Shown here one piece after another: positions 47,564-56,834 of a DNA stretch of 64,000 bases. Positions within the stretch are counted from its first letter, which is position 1, and each line of letters begins with the position of its first letter. Origin of the DNA: an uncultured Clostridia bacterium (lineage in GTDB: Bacteria; Bacillota; Clostridia; Christensenellales; UBA1242); assembly GCA_947062475.1 (NCBI GenBank), contig CAMSQA010000001.1, forward strand, positions 815-64,814, in the 5' to 3' direction. The position numbers and the translations under genes were made by a program. The notes beneath the pieces are model-generated. The model did not search any database and was not told where the DNA came from. It worked only from the letters and a program-made list of their open reading frames with translations.

Positions 47564-47668
47564 GGACGAAATTACATGACTTGCTTTTGCAAATCATGCC
47601 TCTCATGCTCTTATAGGAGCATGAGAACAAGCTTTTGAAATTGAAATTTCAAAAGCTTTATTTCGTCC
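47564..47668. other. 105-nt cloverleaf-like structured element (three hairpins closed by a 9-bp stem)
   Basis: Closing stem GGACGAAAT (47564-72) / ATTTCGTCC (47660-68). P1 47575-98 (CATGA.TTGC/GCAA.TCATG). P2 47602-25 (CTCATGCTC/GAGCATGAG). P3 47629-58 (13-bp AAGCTTTTGAAAT/ATTTCAAAAGCTT). Confidence 0.35.
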
Positions 47669-47674
47669 TTTATC

Positions 47675-47703
47675 AAAAAAAACTATGCATATGCATAGTT
47701 TTA
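47675..47703 (-). terminator. Rho-independent terminator downstream of rpe
   Basis: 18-nt palindrome ACTATGCATATGCATAGT followed by a T-run on the minus strand. Confidence 0.6.
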
Positions 47704-47705
47704 AT

Positions 47706-48374
47706 TTATTTATCTTTCTTTAAGCTATTTATTGCACTCTCTTTATTTTGTGCTTTGAATATAAAACTTCCACTCACTAATATATCTGCACCTGCCGAAA
47801 TAAGTTCTTGTGAATTATCGATACTTACCCCGCCATCAACTTCAATCTTATATTTGAAATCATTTTTCTCTCTTATTTGGTCAAGCAGCTTGATTTTGTC
47901 AAGTGCAGAGGCTATAAACTTTTGCCCACTCGCACCTGGCTCTACCCCAAGCACAAGAATAACATCAAAGTCATGAAGAAACATTTTAATATCCTTTATC
48001 TCAGTTTCAGGATTGATTGCAAGCCCAGCAAGTGCTTTTGCCGACTTAATTTTATCAAGAGCAAGCACAATATCATTCTTATCTTCAAAAGCCTCATAAT
48101 GAACTGTCACAATATTTGCACCAGCTTTGAGATAATCATCTATCATTTTTAAAGGTTCTTTACACATAAGATGAACATCAAGCATTGTCAGACAATTTTG
48201 ATTTATATTTCTTGTGAGGCCTGCATCAAAATTTTTGCTGGAAACAAAAATCCCATCTTTGACATCACAATGAATTAGGTCAGCTTTGCCCTGCAAACTT
48301 TTTGCATACTCAACCACCTTTTGATATTCTTTAATTGGGTCTGTTGAAACAGAGACATAAATATTGTTTTTCAT
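47706..48374 (-). CDS. rpe: Ribulose-phosphate 3-epimerase
   Basis: 222 aa. Motifs: HCDVKDG, DVHLM, VLGVEPGASGQKF, VDGG. Confidence 0.92.
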   Translation of the reverse strand: MKNNIYVSVSTDPIKEYQKVVEYAKSLQGKADLIHCDVKDGIFVSSKNFDAGLTRNINQNCLTMLDVHLMCKEPLKMIDDYLKAGANIVTVHYEAFEDKNDIVLALDKIKSAKALAGLAINPETEIKDIKMFLHDFDVILVLGVEPGASGQKFIASALDKIKLLDQIREKNDFKYKIEVDGGVSIDNSQELISAGADILVSGSFIFKAQNKESAINSLKKDK

Positions 48375-48453
48375 AACTTCTCCTTATATACTTTGTTTAT
48401 CTTTTGTTTAAATTATATTAAAATGCGAAAACTCTTATATATTATGTTTTATA

Positions 48454-49293
48454 TCAAAACTTTTTTGCACTTTTTAGTTCTTCCAGAATTTTCAAATAGT
48501 TTTCATATCGTCTTTGTGAAATTTTCCCACTTTTCACTCTTTGAATAACCCCACAATCAACATCTGAAATATGCAAACATGATCGATATTTACAATTTTC
48601 CCTTCCCTGCAAAAAGTCAGGATAATATGCTGCAAGTTCTCGCTCTTCGATGTTTGAGACCATTGCAAGATCCAAAAGTGAAAAACCAGCGGTGTCAGCA
48701 AGATAGTTTTTGCCAATTTTGAAGAGTTTGACAATTCGTGTTGTCTGCCTTCCTCTTTCAATTTTTTTTGATAAAGAGCCAACCATTTCATCGTCATTTT
48801 CAAATATCGCATTGATTAATGATGATTTGCCTACTGCACTTTGACCAGCAAGAACGCAAAGTCCTTTTATCTCTTTTTTAAGGTCTTGCACATCTCCATC
48901 CTTTGCACACACTTTTATTATTTGATAATCTTTTCCATAATCCTCAACAATTTTTTCAACAAACTCTCTACTGCACTGATCAAGCTTGTTGACAACTATT
49001 ATTGGCTCGATTGCAGTGAGCATGCAATATATCAATATTTTATCTACAAGCACAAAATCAGGTTTTGGCAACTGAGATATGACCACAAAAATTCTGTCAA
49101 TGTTTGCGACAGGTGGCCTTATTAAAAGGTTCTTCCGTGGCAACACCTTAGTTATATTTTCAGCAAATTCAACTCTGTCACCCACAAAAATACCTTTAGC
49201 CTTTGTTTTGCCACTTGGCCTTAGATTGTAAAATTTATCATCAAATTCAACTGTGAATAAATCTGCGTTTTTACAAACAACCAATCCTTGCAC
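48454..49293 (-). CDS. rsgA: Ribosome small-subunit-dependent GTPase RsgA
   Basis: 279 aa with a GTG start. Circularly permuted GTPase (NKLD then AGQSAVGKSSLIN) and a C-terminal zinc knuckle CKYRSCLHISDVDCGV. Confidence 0.9.
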   Translation of the reverse strand: MQGLVVCKNADLFTVEFDDKFYNLRPSGKTKAKGIFVGDRVEFAENITKVLPRKNLLIRPPVANIDRIFVVISQLPKPDFVLVDKILIYCMLTAIEPIIVVNKLDQCSREFVEKIVEDYGKDYQIIKVCAKDGDVQDLKKEIKGLCVLAGQSAVGKSSLINAIFENDDEMVGSLSKKIERGRQTTRIVKLFKIGKNYLADTAGFSLLDLAMVSNIEERELAAYYPDFLQGRENCKYRSCLHISDVDCGVIQRVKSGKISQRRYENYLKILEELKSAKKF

Positions 49294-49566
49294 ATTTTCT
49301 CCTTTTTAATTAATAATTATTTTTAATAAAATCAATTTTAATAATTTAATAATATTTATTATTTTTTTACTATTTTTCTTAATAAATATGATTTTTTATT
49401 ATTTTTTTATATTAAAATCTATTTTTTTTGATTTTTTGTATTTATTTTTTTATTATTTTTCGATAAAATAATTTATTTTTAATATTTTTCTTTGATTTTA
49501 ATTATTTTTTTATTATTTAATTAATTTGTTTGATTTTTTTATAATTTTAACTAAATTAATTATTTT
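49294..49566. repeat. 273-bp low-complexity, almost pure A/T spacer with recurring TTATTATTTTTTT motifs
   Basis: Read directly. T-tract motifs lie near 49356, 49396, 49450 and 49500. Only a handful of G/C positions are present. Confidence 0.8.
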
Positions 49567-50595
49567 TTATTTATTTTCTCTTAAAACTTTATTTCGCAGT
49601 TGTCCACAAGCTCCTGCAATATCCTCGCCCATTGTCCTTCTCACAGTCGCTGAAACACCATTGCTTTTAAGTAAATCAGCAAATTGATAGGCAGCAAGCC
49701 TTGTTGTCCCCTTCAAACTTCTTTCTTTGACTTCATTGAGAGGTATTACATTGACATGAGCATTGAGATTTTTCAAAAGTTTTGAAAGCCTCACCACATC
49801 ATCATTTGAATCATTGACACCTTTAATGAGGGTATATTCAAAATAAATTCTTCGGCGAGTTTTATCATAATATTTTCGACATGCATCTATAATTTCTTCA
49901 ATCTTCCACCTTTTTGCAATCGGCATAACCTCTTTTCTCTTTTCATCCAAAGTTGCATGTAAAGATATTGTCAATGAAATATTATATTGTTTTTCTGAAA
50001 GTTTTTGAATTTTATCGACCAAGCCACATGTGGAAAGTGATATGTTTCTCTGACTGATATTGAGACCTCTATTTGAAGAAATCAAATCAATAAATTTGCA
50101 AACATTATCAAAGTTGTCAAGCGGCTCGCCACTTCCCATAAGCACAATATTGGTGATCTGTCGATTTTTTTCGCTTCCACCAATATCTCGATTGATAAGA
50201 AGCAGCTGCCCCAAAATCTCGCCACACGAAAGATTGCGTGCAAGCCCTCCAAGCGTTGAGGCGCAAAACTTACAACCCATTCTGCAACCGACTTGAGACG
50301 AAAGGCAAACAGTATAACCATACTTATATTTCATCAGCACACTTTCAACGATATTTCCATCACCAAACTCGATGATAAATTTTTGTGTCCCGTCACGACT
50401 GATAAATTTTTTTAAGATTTTATATTTTGGATAATCTTCTGCGATGATATCTTTCAAAGCCTTTGGCAGATTTGTGATTTCCTCAAGAGTTTTGCCACTG
50501 TAGATTGCATTAAAAATCTGTTCACCTCTAAAAGCAGGCAAACCTAATTTCAATGCATATTCTTTCATCTCTTCAAAAGAAAAATCACTAAGCAT
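49567..50595 (-). CDS. rlmN: 23S rRNA/tRNA (adenine-C2)-methyltransferase RlmN (radical SAM)
   Basis: 342 aa. Radical-SAM cluster motif GCRMGCKFC, MGSGEPLDN, C-terminal GACGQL. Confidence 0.93.
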   Translation of the reverse strand: MLSDFSFEEMKEYALKLGLPAFRGEQIFNAIYSGKTLEEITNLPKALKDIIAEDYPKYKILKKFISRDGTQKFIIEFGDGNIVESVLMKYKYGYTVCLSSQVGCRMGCKFCASTLGGLARNLSCGEILGQLLLINRDIGGSEKNRQITNIVLMGSGEPLDNFDNVCKFIDLISSNRGLNISQRNISLSTCGLVDKIQKLSEKQYNISLTISLHATLDEKRKEVMPIAKRWKIEEIIDACRKYYDKTRRRIYFEYTLIKGVNDSNDDVVRLSKLLKNLNAHVNVIPLNEVKERSLKGTTRLAAYQFADLLKSNGVSATVRRTMGEDIAGACGQLRNKVLRENK

Positions 50596-51505
50596 TATCT
50601 ATCCTTTTTGAAATAAGTTCATTATGACCATTTAAAAAGTCTCTTCCACTGATGCTTTTTCCCGATGGTGCTTTGCAAACAAGCACTTCAACAGCACCTC
50701 CTTTGCACCCGACAACAAAATGTTTTTTATTGTTTAATATTACAAAAGGCTGGACTACATATTCCCCGCTGACATCAATTAGTTTTTCAACCTTAATAAT
50801 TGTGCCATCAACAGCAAAATATGTTCCAATCTCTTCTGATAAAGCTCGGACTTTATTTACAAGGTCACTAGCGGAACATGAAAAATCAAGTTTGCCATCT
50901 TCTTTTTTAAACTTTCCAACAATAATTGCTTCACCATGTTTTTGAGGAACAAAAGAAATTTGACCATGTTCATACTCTTCAATCACATCACTGACCATGT
51001 CGCCACCAAAAAGTGCCAATTTCTCTTCAGCTTCACGATAATATTCTTTTGTCAACATCATCTTCTCTTGCTTTATGATATCGCCAGCATCAACCTCGCG
51101 TGCAACTTTCATAATTGTCACACCAGTGATTTCATCACCATTTAATATTGCACTCTGAATTGGCGACGCACCTCTATATTTTGGCAAAAGAGAGGGATGA
51201 ACATTGATACATAATTTCAAATTTAAAAATTCCTCAGGCAAAATCTGCCCAAATGAGGCAACAACCGAAATATCAAAATCAAGTTTTTTTATTTCTTCAA
51301 TATGCAAACGAATTTTATCAAACGTCAAAACTGGAAGGCCTCTCTCTATTGCAAAACTTTTCACCTCTGTTTGTGCAAGTTTATGCCCTCGTCCAGATGG
51401 TCTATCTGGCTGAGTGATGACGCAAGATACTTCGATTTTTCGTTCAATCATCTTTTCTAGGACAATCTTTGAAAAGTGAGAACTTCCTAAAAATAAAATT
51501 TTCAT
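50588..51505 (-). CDS. fmt: Methionyl-tRNA formyltransferase
   Basis: 305 aa. Motifs: ILFLGS, QPDRPSGRG, NVHPSLLPKYRGASPIQ. Confidence 0.93.
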   Translation of the reverse strand: MKILFLGSSHFSKIVLEKMIERKIEVSCVITQPDRPSGRGHKLAQTEVKSFAIERGLPVLTFDKIRLHIEEIKKLDFDISVVASFGQILPEEFLNLKLCINVHPSLLPKYRGASPIQSAILNGDEITGVTIMKVAREVDAGDIIKQEKMMLTKEYYREAEEKLALFGGDMVSDVIEEYEHGQISFVPQKHGEAIIVGKFKKEDGKLDFSCSASDLVNKVRALSEEIGTYFAVDGTIIKVEKLIDVSGEYVVQPFVILNNKKHFVVGCKGGAVEVLVCKAPSGKSISGRDFLNGHNELISKRIDNA

Positions 51506-51550
51506 TTAAACCAACTTTTAATTTTTTTAAACTTCTTTTTTATAAACAAA

Positions 51551-52024
51551 TTATATTATTCCGCCCATTTTCAAATATTTATCTTTATCAATGCTTTTAT
51601 CTACAAACAAAATACCATCAAGATGATCAATTTCGTGACAGATACATCTTGCCAGCCACTTTTCGCCAGTCAGCGTAAATTCAAAACCATATCTATCCTG
51701 TGCTCTTACAGTGACCTCCATTGGTCTTGACACTCTGCCACGAAACTTGCCTACAGATAAACATCCCTCTTCCTCAACATCTTCACCCTTTGATTTGATG
51801 ATAACAGGGTTTATAAGTTCAATAAACGCATTGTTTACATCAACAATGACAGCCCTTCTAAGCACACCGACCTGAGGTGCAGCAAGACCCATTCCGTCAT
51901 TTTGATACATTGTTTCTTTCATATCATCAAGAAGCTGCCAAAGATCCTCATCAAAATCTTTGACTGGTTTTGACTTCTTTCTCAAAACATTTTCTCCTAT
52001 CATAGTAACATTTCTTAATGCCAT
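51551..52024 (-). CDS. def: Peptide deformylase
   Basis: 157 aa. Motifs: GLAAPQVG, EGCLS, HEIDHLDG. Confidence 0.93.
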   Translation of the reverse strand: MALRNVTMIGENVLRKKSKPVKDFDEDLWQLLDDMKETMYQNDGMGLAAPQVGVLRRAVIVDVNNAFIELINPVIIKSKGEDVEEEGCLSVGKFRGRVSRPMEVTVRAQDRYGFEFTLTGEKWLARCICHEIDHLDGILFVDKSIDKDKYLKMGGII

Positions 52025-52067
52025 TTTTCTCTCCTAAAATTATTTTGCTTATTTGTATTTTCCACAA

Positions 52068-54239
52068 TCAAGACAGGTTTTGCGGATTGATTTCAAAGAA
52101 AACCGAATTTTTGGTTGTCCTGTCAACTATATCAAATATCTCTTTTTCAATTTTGTCAGCATTTTCTAGTTTAAACCTTGCCATAATCTGATAACGATAT
52201 TTATCTTGTATTCTTTTAATAGGCGACTTCATAGCATCAAGATAGATTATATCGCTTTTATAAACCTGTCTAAGTTTTTCAATATCAGTATAACACATTT
52301 TAAGTAGTTCTCGCACATGATTTTCATCAAAATCACTAAAAAGAATCCGCAAAATACGAGAATAAGGCGGAAATTGTGCGGTCTGTCTGATATTTATCTC
52401 TTTTCTGTAAAATCCTTTATAGTCATAATTGGAAGCAAATTTATAAACATAATGTCTTGGGCTATATGTCTGCAAAACAACTTTTCCATCATTCACACTT
52501 CTTCCTGCGCGACCAGCCACTTGAGTGATAAGTTGAAATGTCTTTTCAGTAGATCGATAATCACTTTGATAAAGACTTTGATCGGCATCTACTATTCCCA
52601 CCAAAATTACATCCTCAAAGTCATGACCTTTTGCAATCATCTGAGTGCCAACCAAAATTGAGGGCTTTGTGACTTTAAATTCATTTAGTATCTTTTGATG
52701 AGCATTTTTTGTGGAGGTGGTGTCATTATCCATTCTCAAAATTTTTACATTAGGGAAAAGTTCTTGCAATTTTGCAACAATCTGCTGAGTCCCCACCGCA
52801 CCATATTTGACATGTTCGCTGTGACAACTTGGACATCTTGCAAGATATTTATACTGCTTGCCACAATAATGGCATTTCAATCTGTTATCCTCTTTATGAT
52901 AAACAAGGCTGACATCACAATCACTGCACTTTGCAATATATCCACACTCTTTGCATTTCATAAAAGATGAAAAACCACGTCGATTGATAAATATCATCGC
53001 CTGCTTTTTATTGCTGACTACATTATATAGATCTGCAATCAGTTGATTTGAGAATATTCCGCTATTGCCTCTTCTCAGCTCTTCCATCATATCAACAATC
53101 TGAACTGGAGGCATTGCTTTGCCATTTGCTCTGACAGGGAGTTCTATCAGTTGAATTTCTCCATCAACTGCTCTCTGATAATTTTCAATGGAAGGTGTTG
53201 CGCTTCCAAGCACAAGCGGACAAGAGTTGTATCTTGCCCTAAACTCGGCAACATCATGTGTGTCATATCGTGGATTTGATTCTGAAATATAACTCGACTC
53301 ATGCTCTTCATCAATAATGATCATCCCCAGATTTTCAAGGGGTGCAAAGATGGCAGAACGTGCCCCAATCGCAATCTTTGCTTCGCCTGAAAATAGCCTT
53401 TTCCATTCATCAAACCTCTCACCAGCAGAGAGCCCACTGTGAAGAAGAGCAACTGCTTCCCCAAATCGTCCTTTAAAATTGGACATAATCTGAGGTGTCA
53501 GCGAAATTTCAGGCACAAGCATGATCGCATTCTTGCCATTTTCAAGCGTTCTTTCAATAAGATTCATATAAATTTCAGTTTTTCCGCTGCCAGTCACCCC
53601 ATGCAATAAATAGGTCTTATCCTCTATGATTGTTTCAATTGCCTTCTTTTGACAATCATTAAGCTCAACTCTCTTGTCGCCATTCAAAATTACAAAAGGT
53701 GAACGCTTGACCTCTTCAACTTCCTTTTTAATGTATCCTTTTTCTCTGAGTGCCTTAAGCGGAGCATAACCATATTTCTCGGCAAGTTCCACCGCAGCCA
53801 CCCTCCCGCCAGAAAGAAGGTTGACAATTTCCTCCTGCTTTTTTGCGGCTTTAGAAAGTTTGATCTCTGCCCCATTTACCAGCGAATAGAAGGTTTTAAA
53901 AAGTTCTTTTACTTTGCCTTCTCTCATTTCTGCTGGCAAAAACAGCCTCAAAATCGAGGCTAATTTAAGATGGTTTTTTTCTGCCATAAATTGCATAAGC
54001 TCAAGCATTTCTTTCTTTATTGCAGAAAAATCTTCAATCTTTGAAATAATTTCTTTAAGTTTGCTTCTGTCATAATTGCAATTATCTTTTATTTTGATGA
54101 CATAGCCCTGCATAATGCGTTTGCCAAAAGGAATGTAGACACGCATGCCTACACTCAAATTCAAATAATCTGGAATAATATACTCAAACACCCTGTCAAG
54201 AGCTTTTGCATCCTGGTCGATTATAATTTCAGCAAACAC
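52068..54239 (-). CDS. priA: Primosomal protein N' (replication restart helicase PriA)
   Basis: 723 aa. Motifs: GVTGSGKTE, DEEH, double zinc-finger insert CKECGYIAKCSDCDVSLVYH...CHYCG...CPSC. Confidence 0.95.
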   Translation of the reverse strand: MFAEIIIDQDAKALDRVFEYIIPDYLNLSVGMRVYIPFGKRIMQGYVIKIKDNCNYDRSKLKEIISKIEDFSAIKKEMLELMQFMAEKNHLKLASILRLFLPAEMREGKVKELFKTFYSLVNGAEIKLSKAAKKQEEIVNLLSGGRVAAVELAEKYGYAPLKALREKGYIKKEVEEVKRSPFVILNGDKRVELNDCQKKAIETIIEDKTYLLHGVTGSGKTEIYMNLIERTLENGKNAIMLVPEISLTPQIMSNFKGRFGEAVALLHSGLSAGERFDEWKRLFSGEAKIAIGARSAIFAPLENLGMIIIDEEHESSYISESNPRYDTHDVAEFRARYNSCPLVLGSATPSIENYQRAVDGEIQLIELPVRANGKAMPPVQIVDMMEELRRGNSGIFSNQLIADLYNVVSNKKQAMIFINRRGFSSFMKCKECGYIAKCSDCDVSLVYHKEDNRLKCHYCGKQYKYLARCPSCHSEHVKYGAVGTQQIVAKLQELFPNVKILRMDNDTTSTKNAHQKILNEFKVTKPSILVGTQMIAKGHDFEDVILVGIVDADQSLYQSDYRSTEKTFQLITQVAGRAGRSVNDGKVVLQTYSPRHYVYKFASNYDYKGFYRKEINIRQTAQFPPYSRILRILFSDFDENHVRELLKMCYTDIEKLRQVYKSDIIYLDAMKSPIKRIQDKYRYQIMARFKLENADKIEKEIFDIVDRTTKNSVFFEINPQNLS

Positions 54240-54681
54240 AAATATTTCTCCACTCGAATTTTATCACACCTTATAAAAAAAATCAACCAACATAAACAAT
54301 ATAAAAAATCTTTCTAGATTTAGTTGTCAAAAATAAGCGCTGTTCTCCCCAAACTAAAATATTAAAAAAAGGACTTGACAATTCCCCCACCGATTATAAT
54401 TGAAGTATAAGGAGAAAAATATAAAAATTTATTCTAAATTTATTGCTTTAAGAAAGCTTAATACAGCACTCGATATCTTTTCGGCTTTAAAAAATTATCT
54501 GATAAACTTAAAGACGATAAAGATGTTTTTCTTAAAGCAAGTGATATGAAAGGTGAAGTTATTGTATTTGCTTCTAACTGAGTTTTAAAAAATACTAATA
54601 TATTGGATGATGAAATTGAAAACGAAATTATGCAAAAACAATAGGAAGAATATGAAATGTAAATTAGATAAAATTTGCATA

Positions 54682-54712
54682 AAAAATAGCTCCAAAAATT
54701 TGGAGTTATTTT
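54682..54712. terminator. Rho-independent terminator directly after the ypeB stop (also faces the plus-strand orphan promoter)
   Basis: CTCCA/TGGAG hairpin flanked by A-runs and T-runs. Confidence 0.55.
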
Positions 54713-56119
54713 TTACATCAGAAGATTTCCATCATCAGTTTCAATCACCTTAAGCACATTTTCAAGGTCGCCATCACTTGAATTGAAATAGAAGTAATAT
54801 GTGCTGTTTTCGTTATCAGCTTCAACTTCAACGCATACAACTTCGCGATTGTAATCAAGCGGCGATAAAACATGTCTTGCCTGCACGATTTCAAAGTTTG
54901 ATGGAACTTTTCCTTTGGCATCAGACAAAGAAAGGCCTCCCTTACTTAAAGATCTGTCAGTGTGATTTGTGAAATATGTTGTCGCATCATAACCTACGAT
55001 TGTGCCTGAAGTCATATTTACTTTGACTTTGACAAGATCAGGATAAAGGATTATTCCGCCCGACTTTGGTGCTATGTTGAGATATATATCATTTTCAATA
55101 GTATCACTCCACACAACTTCTGCGTCTTCTATTCCATTATCAGTGGCAAACTTGATTGCAATGTCTTTTGAGGCTTTCTCGTCAATACTGCTTTCGCCAT
55201 TTCTTCCAGTCCCGCTTATAGTCAAGATATTTCCACCTATCTTTGTCACTTGAACAAACAATCTTTCACTGTCGGAATTTACAACTCGGAAATTGAAAGT
55301 TTCAAATCGTCCATTTGTTTCACCTTCATAAACAATATCTGTGGCAACTTTAAAATGCTTTTTGACATTTTCTGCCGCTTCCGATTTTGTCACGGTTTTT
55401 CCTGAAAGACCTTTTACTTTGCTGCTGACAACAGAATCGGAGAAAGGACCATCATAAATCATTGTAGGGTATTCGATATCATTGTTTTTAAGCGAATTTA
55501 AACTTCTTGTAAAGTCGTTTACATCTTCTCTCACATCAAGACTTCTATCTAATATTGAATAACCATTATTAAGTTTTTTCTCAAAATCATTCAATCGAAG
55601 TTTTAAGTCAAGCACGCTTTTATGTATTTTTTCAAGAGTATCCACTTCTTCCGGAGTTAAACTCTCCCCTCTTACCATTTTCTCAGCCAGCGTTGATGTA
55701 TAACCTGAAATTTGATTGACCAATTTTATTGTATCTTGAATTTCAGATTGAGAAAGCGGAAGTTGAGAAACGGAAATTTCTGCTTCGCTTGCATTTTTTG
55801 ACGCCTCCAGAAGCATCTTTCTTTGATAAGTTGAACCACTTCCTGAAGAAAGTGTCTTTGAAATCTTGTTTTCAAGATTATTTACACTGTCAAGAAGATT
55901 GTAGAAATTGTTGTTGTAAACATTTTCAAGATCAGCCCTATAATTCATTGCGTTATGTTGGCTTACACATACTCCAACTCCAAGTCCAATGGTTGAAAGA
56001 GCAAGGACGGCGGTTGCAATTGACAAACCAATTATCGCACCATTTTTTCTTTTGTTTTCTCCCCTTTCATGTGCAAGAGCACTTTTGTTGCTCGCACTTT
56101 TTTGATTTATTTCACTCAT
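54713..56119 (-). CDS. ypeB: Germination protein YpeB (PepSY-domain membrane protein)
   Basis: 468 aa. N-terminal TM helix, C-terminal PepSY-like repeats, directly downstream of sleB. Confidence 0.75.
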   Translation of the reverse strand: MSEINQKSASNKSALAHERGENKRKNGAIIGLSIATAVLALSTIGLGVGVCVSQHNAMNYRADLENVYNNNFYNLLDSVNNLENKISKTLSSGSGSTYQRKMLLEASKNASEAEISVSQLPLSQSEIQDTIKLVNQISGYTSTLAEKMVRGESLTPEEVDTLEKIHKSVLDLKLRLNDFEKKLNNGYSILDRSLDVREDVNDFTRSLNSLKNNDIEYPTMIYDGPFSDSVVSSKVKGLSGKTVTKSEAAENVKKHFKVATDIVYEGETNGRFETFNFRVVNSDSERLFVQVTKIGGNILTISGTGRNGESSIDEKASKDIAIKFATDNGIEDAEVVWSDTIENDIYLNIAPKSGGIILYPDLVKVKVNMTSGTIVGYDATTYFTNHTDRSLSKGGLSLSDAKGKVPSNFEIVQARHVLSPLDYNREVVCVEVEADNENSTYYFYFNSSDGDLENVLKVIETDDGNLLM

Positions 56120-56135
56120 AGCTTGCTCCTTTTAC

Positions 56136-56834
56136 CTAAATTGCAAACACATGTTTGCCTATCGTGACTACTGTCTTTCTTGACCAAATCCAAGAGCTTG
56201 TTGCAGTTCTTGGGTTGTAATAGTAAAGGCATCCATATGTTGGATCCCAGCCATTTAGGGCATCTTGGGCTGCTTTGTATGCAGTTGAATTTGGCTCTAA
56301 ATTTATTTGTCCATCATCAACAGCAGTAAAAGCATATGGCTGATAGATTACACCTGCAATTGTGTTTGGGAAAGATGAACTCTTCACCCTGTTTAATATT
56401 ACTGCCGCAACTGCCACCTGTCCAGTGTATGGCTCACCTCTCGCTTCAGCATGCACGCATTTCGCAAGAAGATGCAAGTCATTTGATGACTGAGATGTGC
56501 CTGAACTTGACCCACTGATAGTCATGCCAAGTGCGGCAGCGGTTTTTGGTCCAACAATGCCGTCTACACTCAGTCCATTTTTACGTTGAAAACTTTTGAC
56601 AGCGGCTTTAGTCTTAGCACCATAAATCCCATCAACTGCACCTGTGTAATAGCCCCAACGTTTTAGTTTTGTTTGAACTGTTTTGTTTTGAGCAGTTGTA
56701 AGAGTGTCAAGCACCTCGCTTTGCTCTGCCTTTTCTCCCGCATTCACAATATGAGAAGTTGTCAACCCAACCCCCGTGAAAGTGAGAGCAAAGATGAAAA
56801 CAATTGACAAAACGATTATTAGTTTTTTCTTCAT
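56136..56834 (-). CDS. sleB: Spore cortex-lytic enzyme SleB
   Basis: 232 aa. Signal peptide, PG_binding_1 (LKRWGYYTGAVDGIYGAKTKAAVKSFQRKNGLSVDGIVG) and Hydrolase_2 (ARGEPYTGQVAVAAVILNR). Confidence 0.85.
   Translation of the reverse strand: MKKKLIIVLSIVFIFALTFTGVGLTTSHIVNAGEKAEQSEVLDTLTTAQNKTVQTKLKRWGYYTGAVDGIYGAKTKAAVKSFQRKNGLSVDGIVGPKTAAALGMTISGSSSGTSQSSNDLHLLAKCVHAEARGEPYTGQVAVAAVILNRVKSSSFPNTIAGVIYQPYAFTAVDDGQINLEPNSTAYKAAQDALNGWDPTYGCLYYYNPRTATSSWIWSRKTVVTIGKHVFAI

Noticed and set aside
47564-47668. The cloverleaf-shaped element as a tRNA or tmRNA-like gene.
   Set aside because: At 105 nt with 9-13-bp arms it lacks a 7-nt anticodon loop, the GTTCRA T-loop, D-loop GG and a CCA-compatible acceptor. 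It is kept as an unexplained structured element instead.
49294-49566. The AT-rich repetitive spacer as a CRISPR array or a structured tandem repeat.
   Set aside because: There are no 24-40-bp conserved direct repeats separated by unique spacers. Only short T-tract motifs with irregular spacing are present, and no cas genes are nearby.
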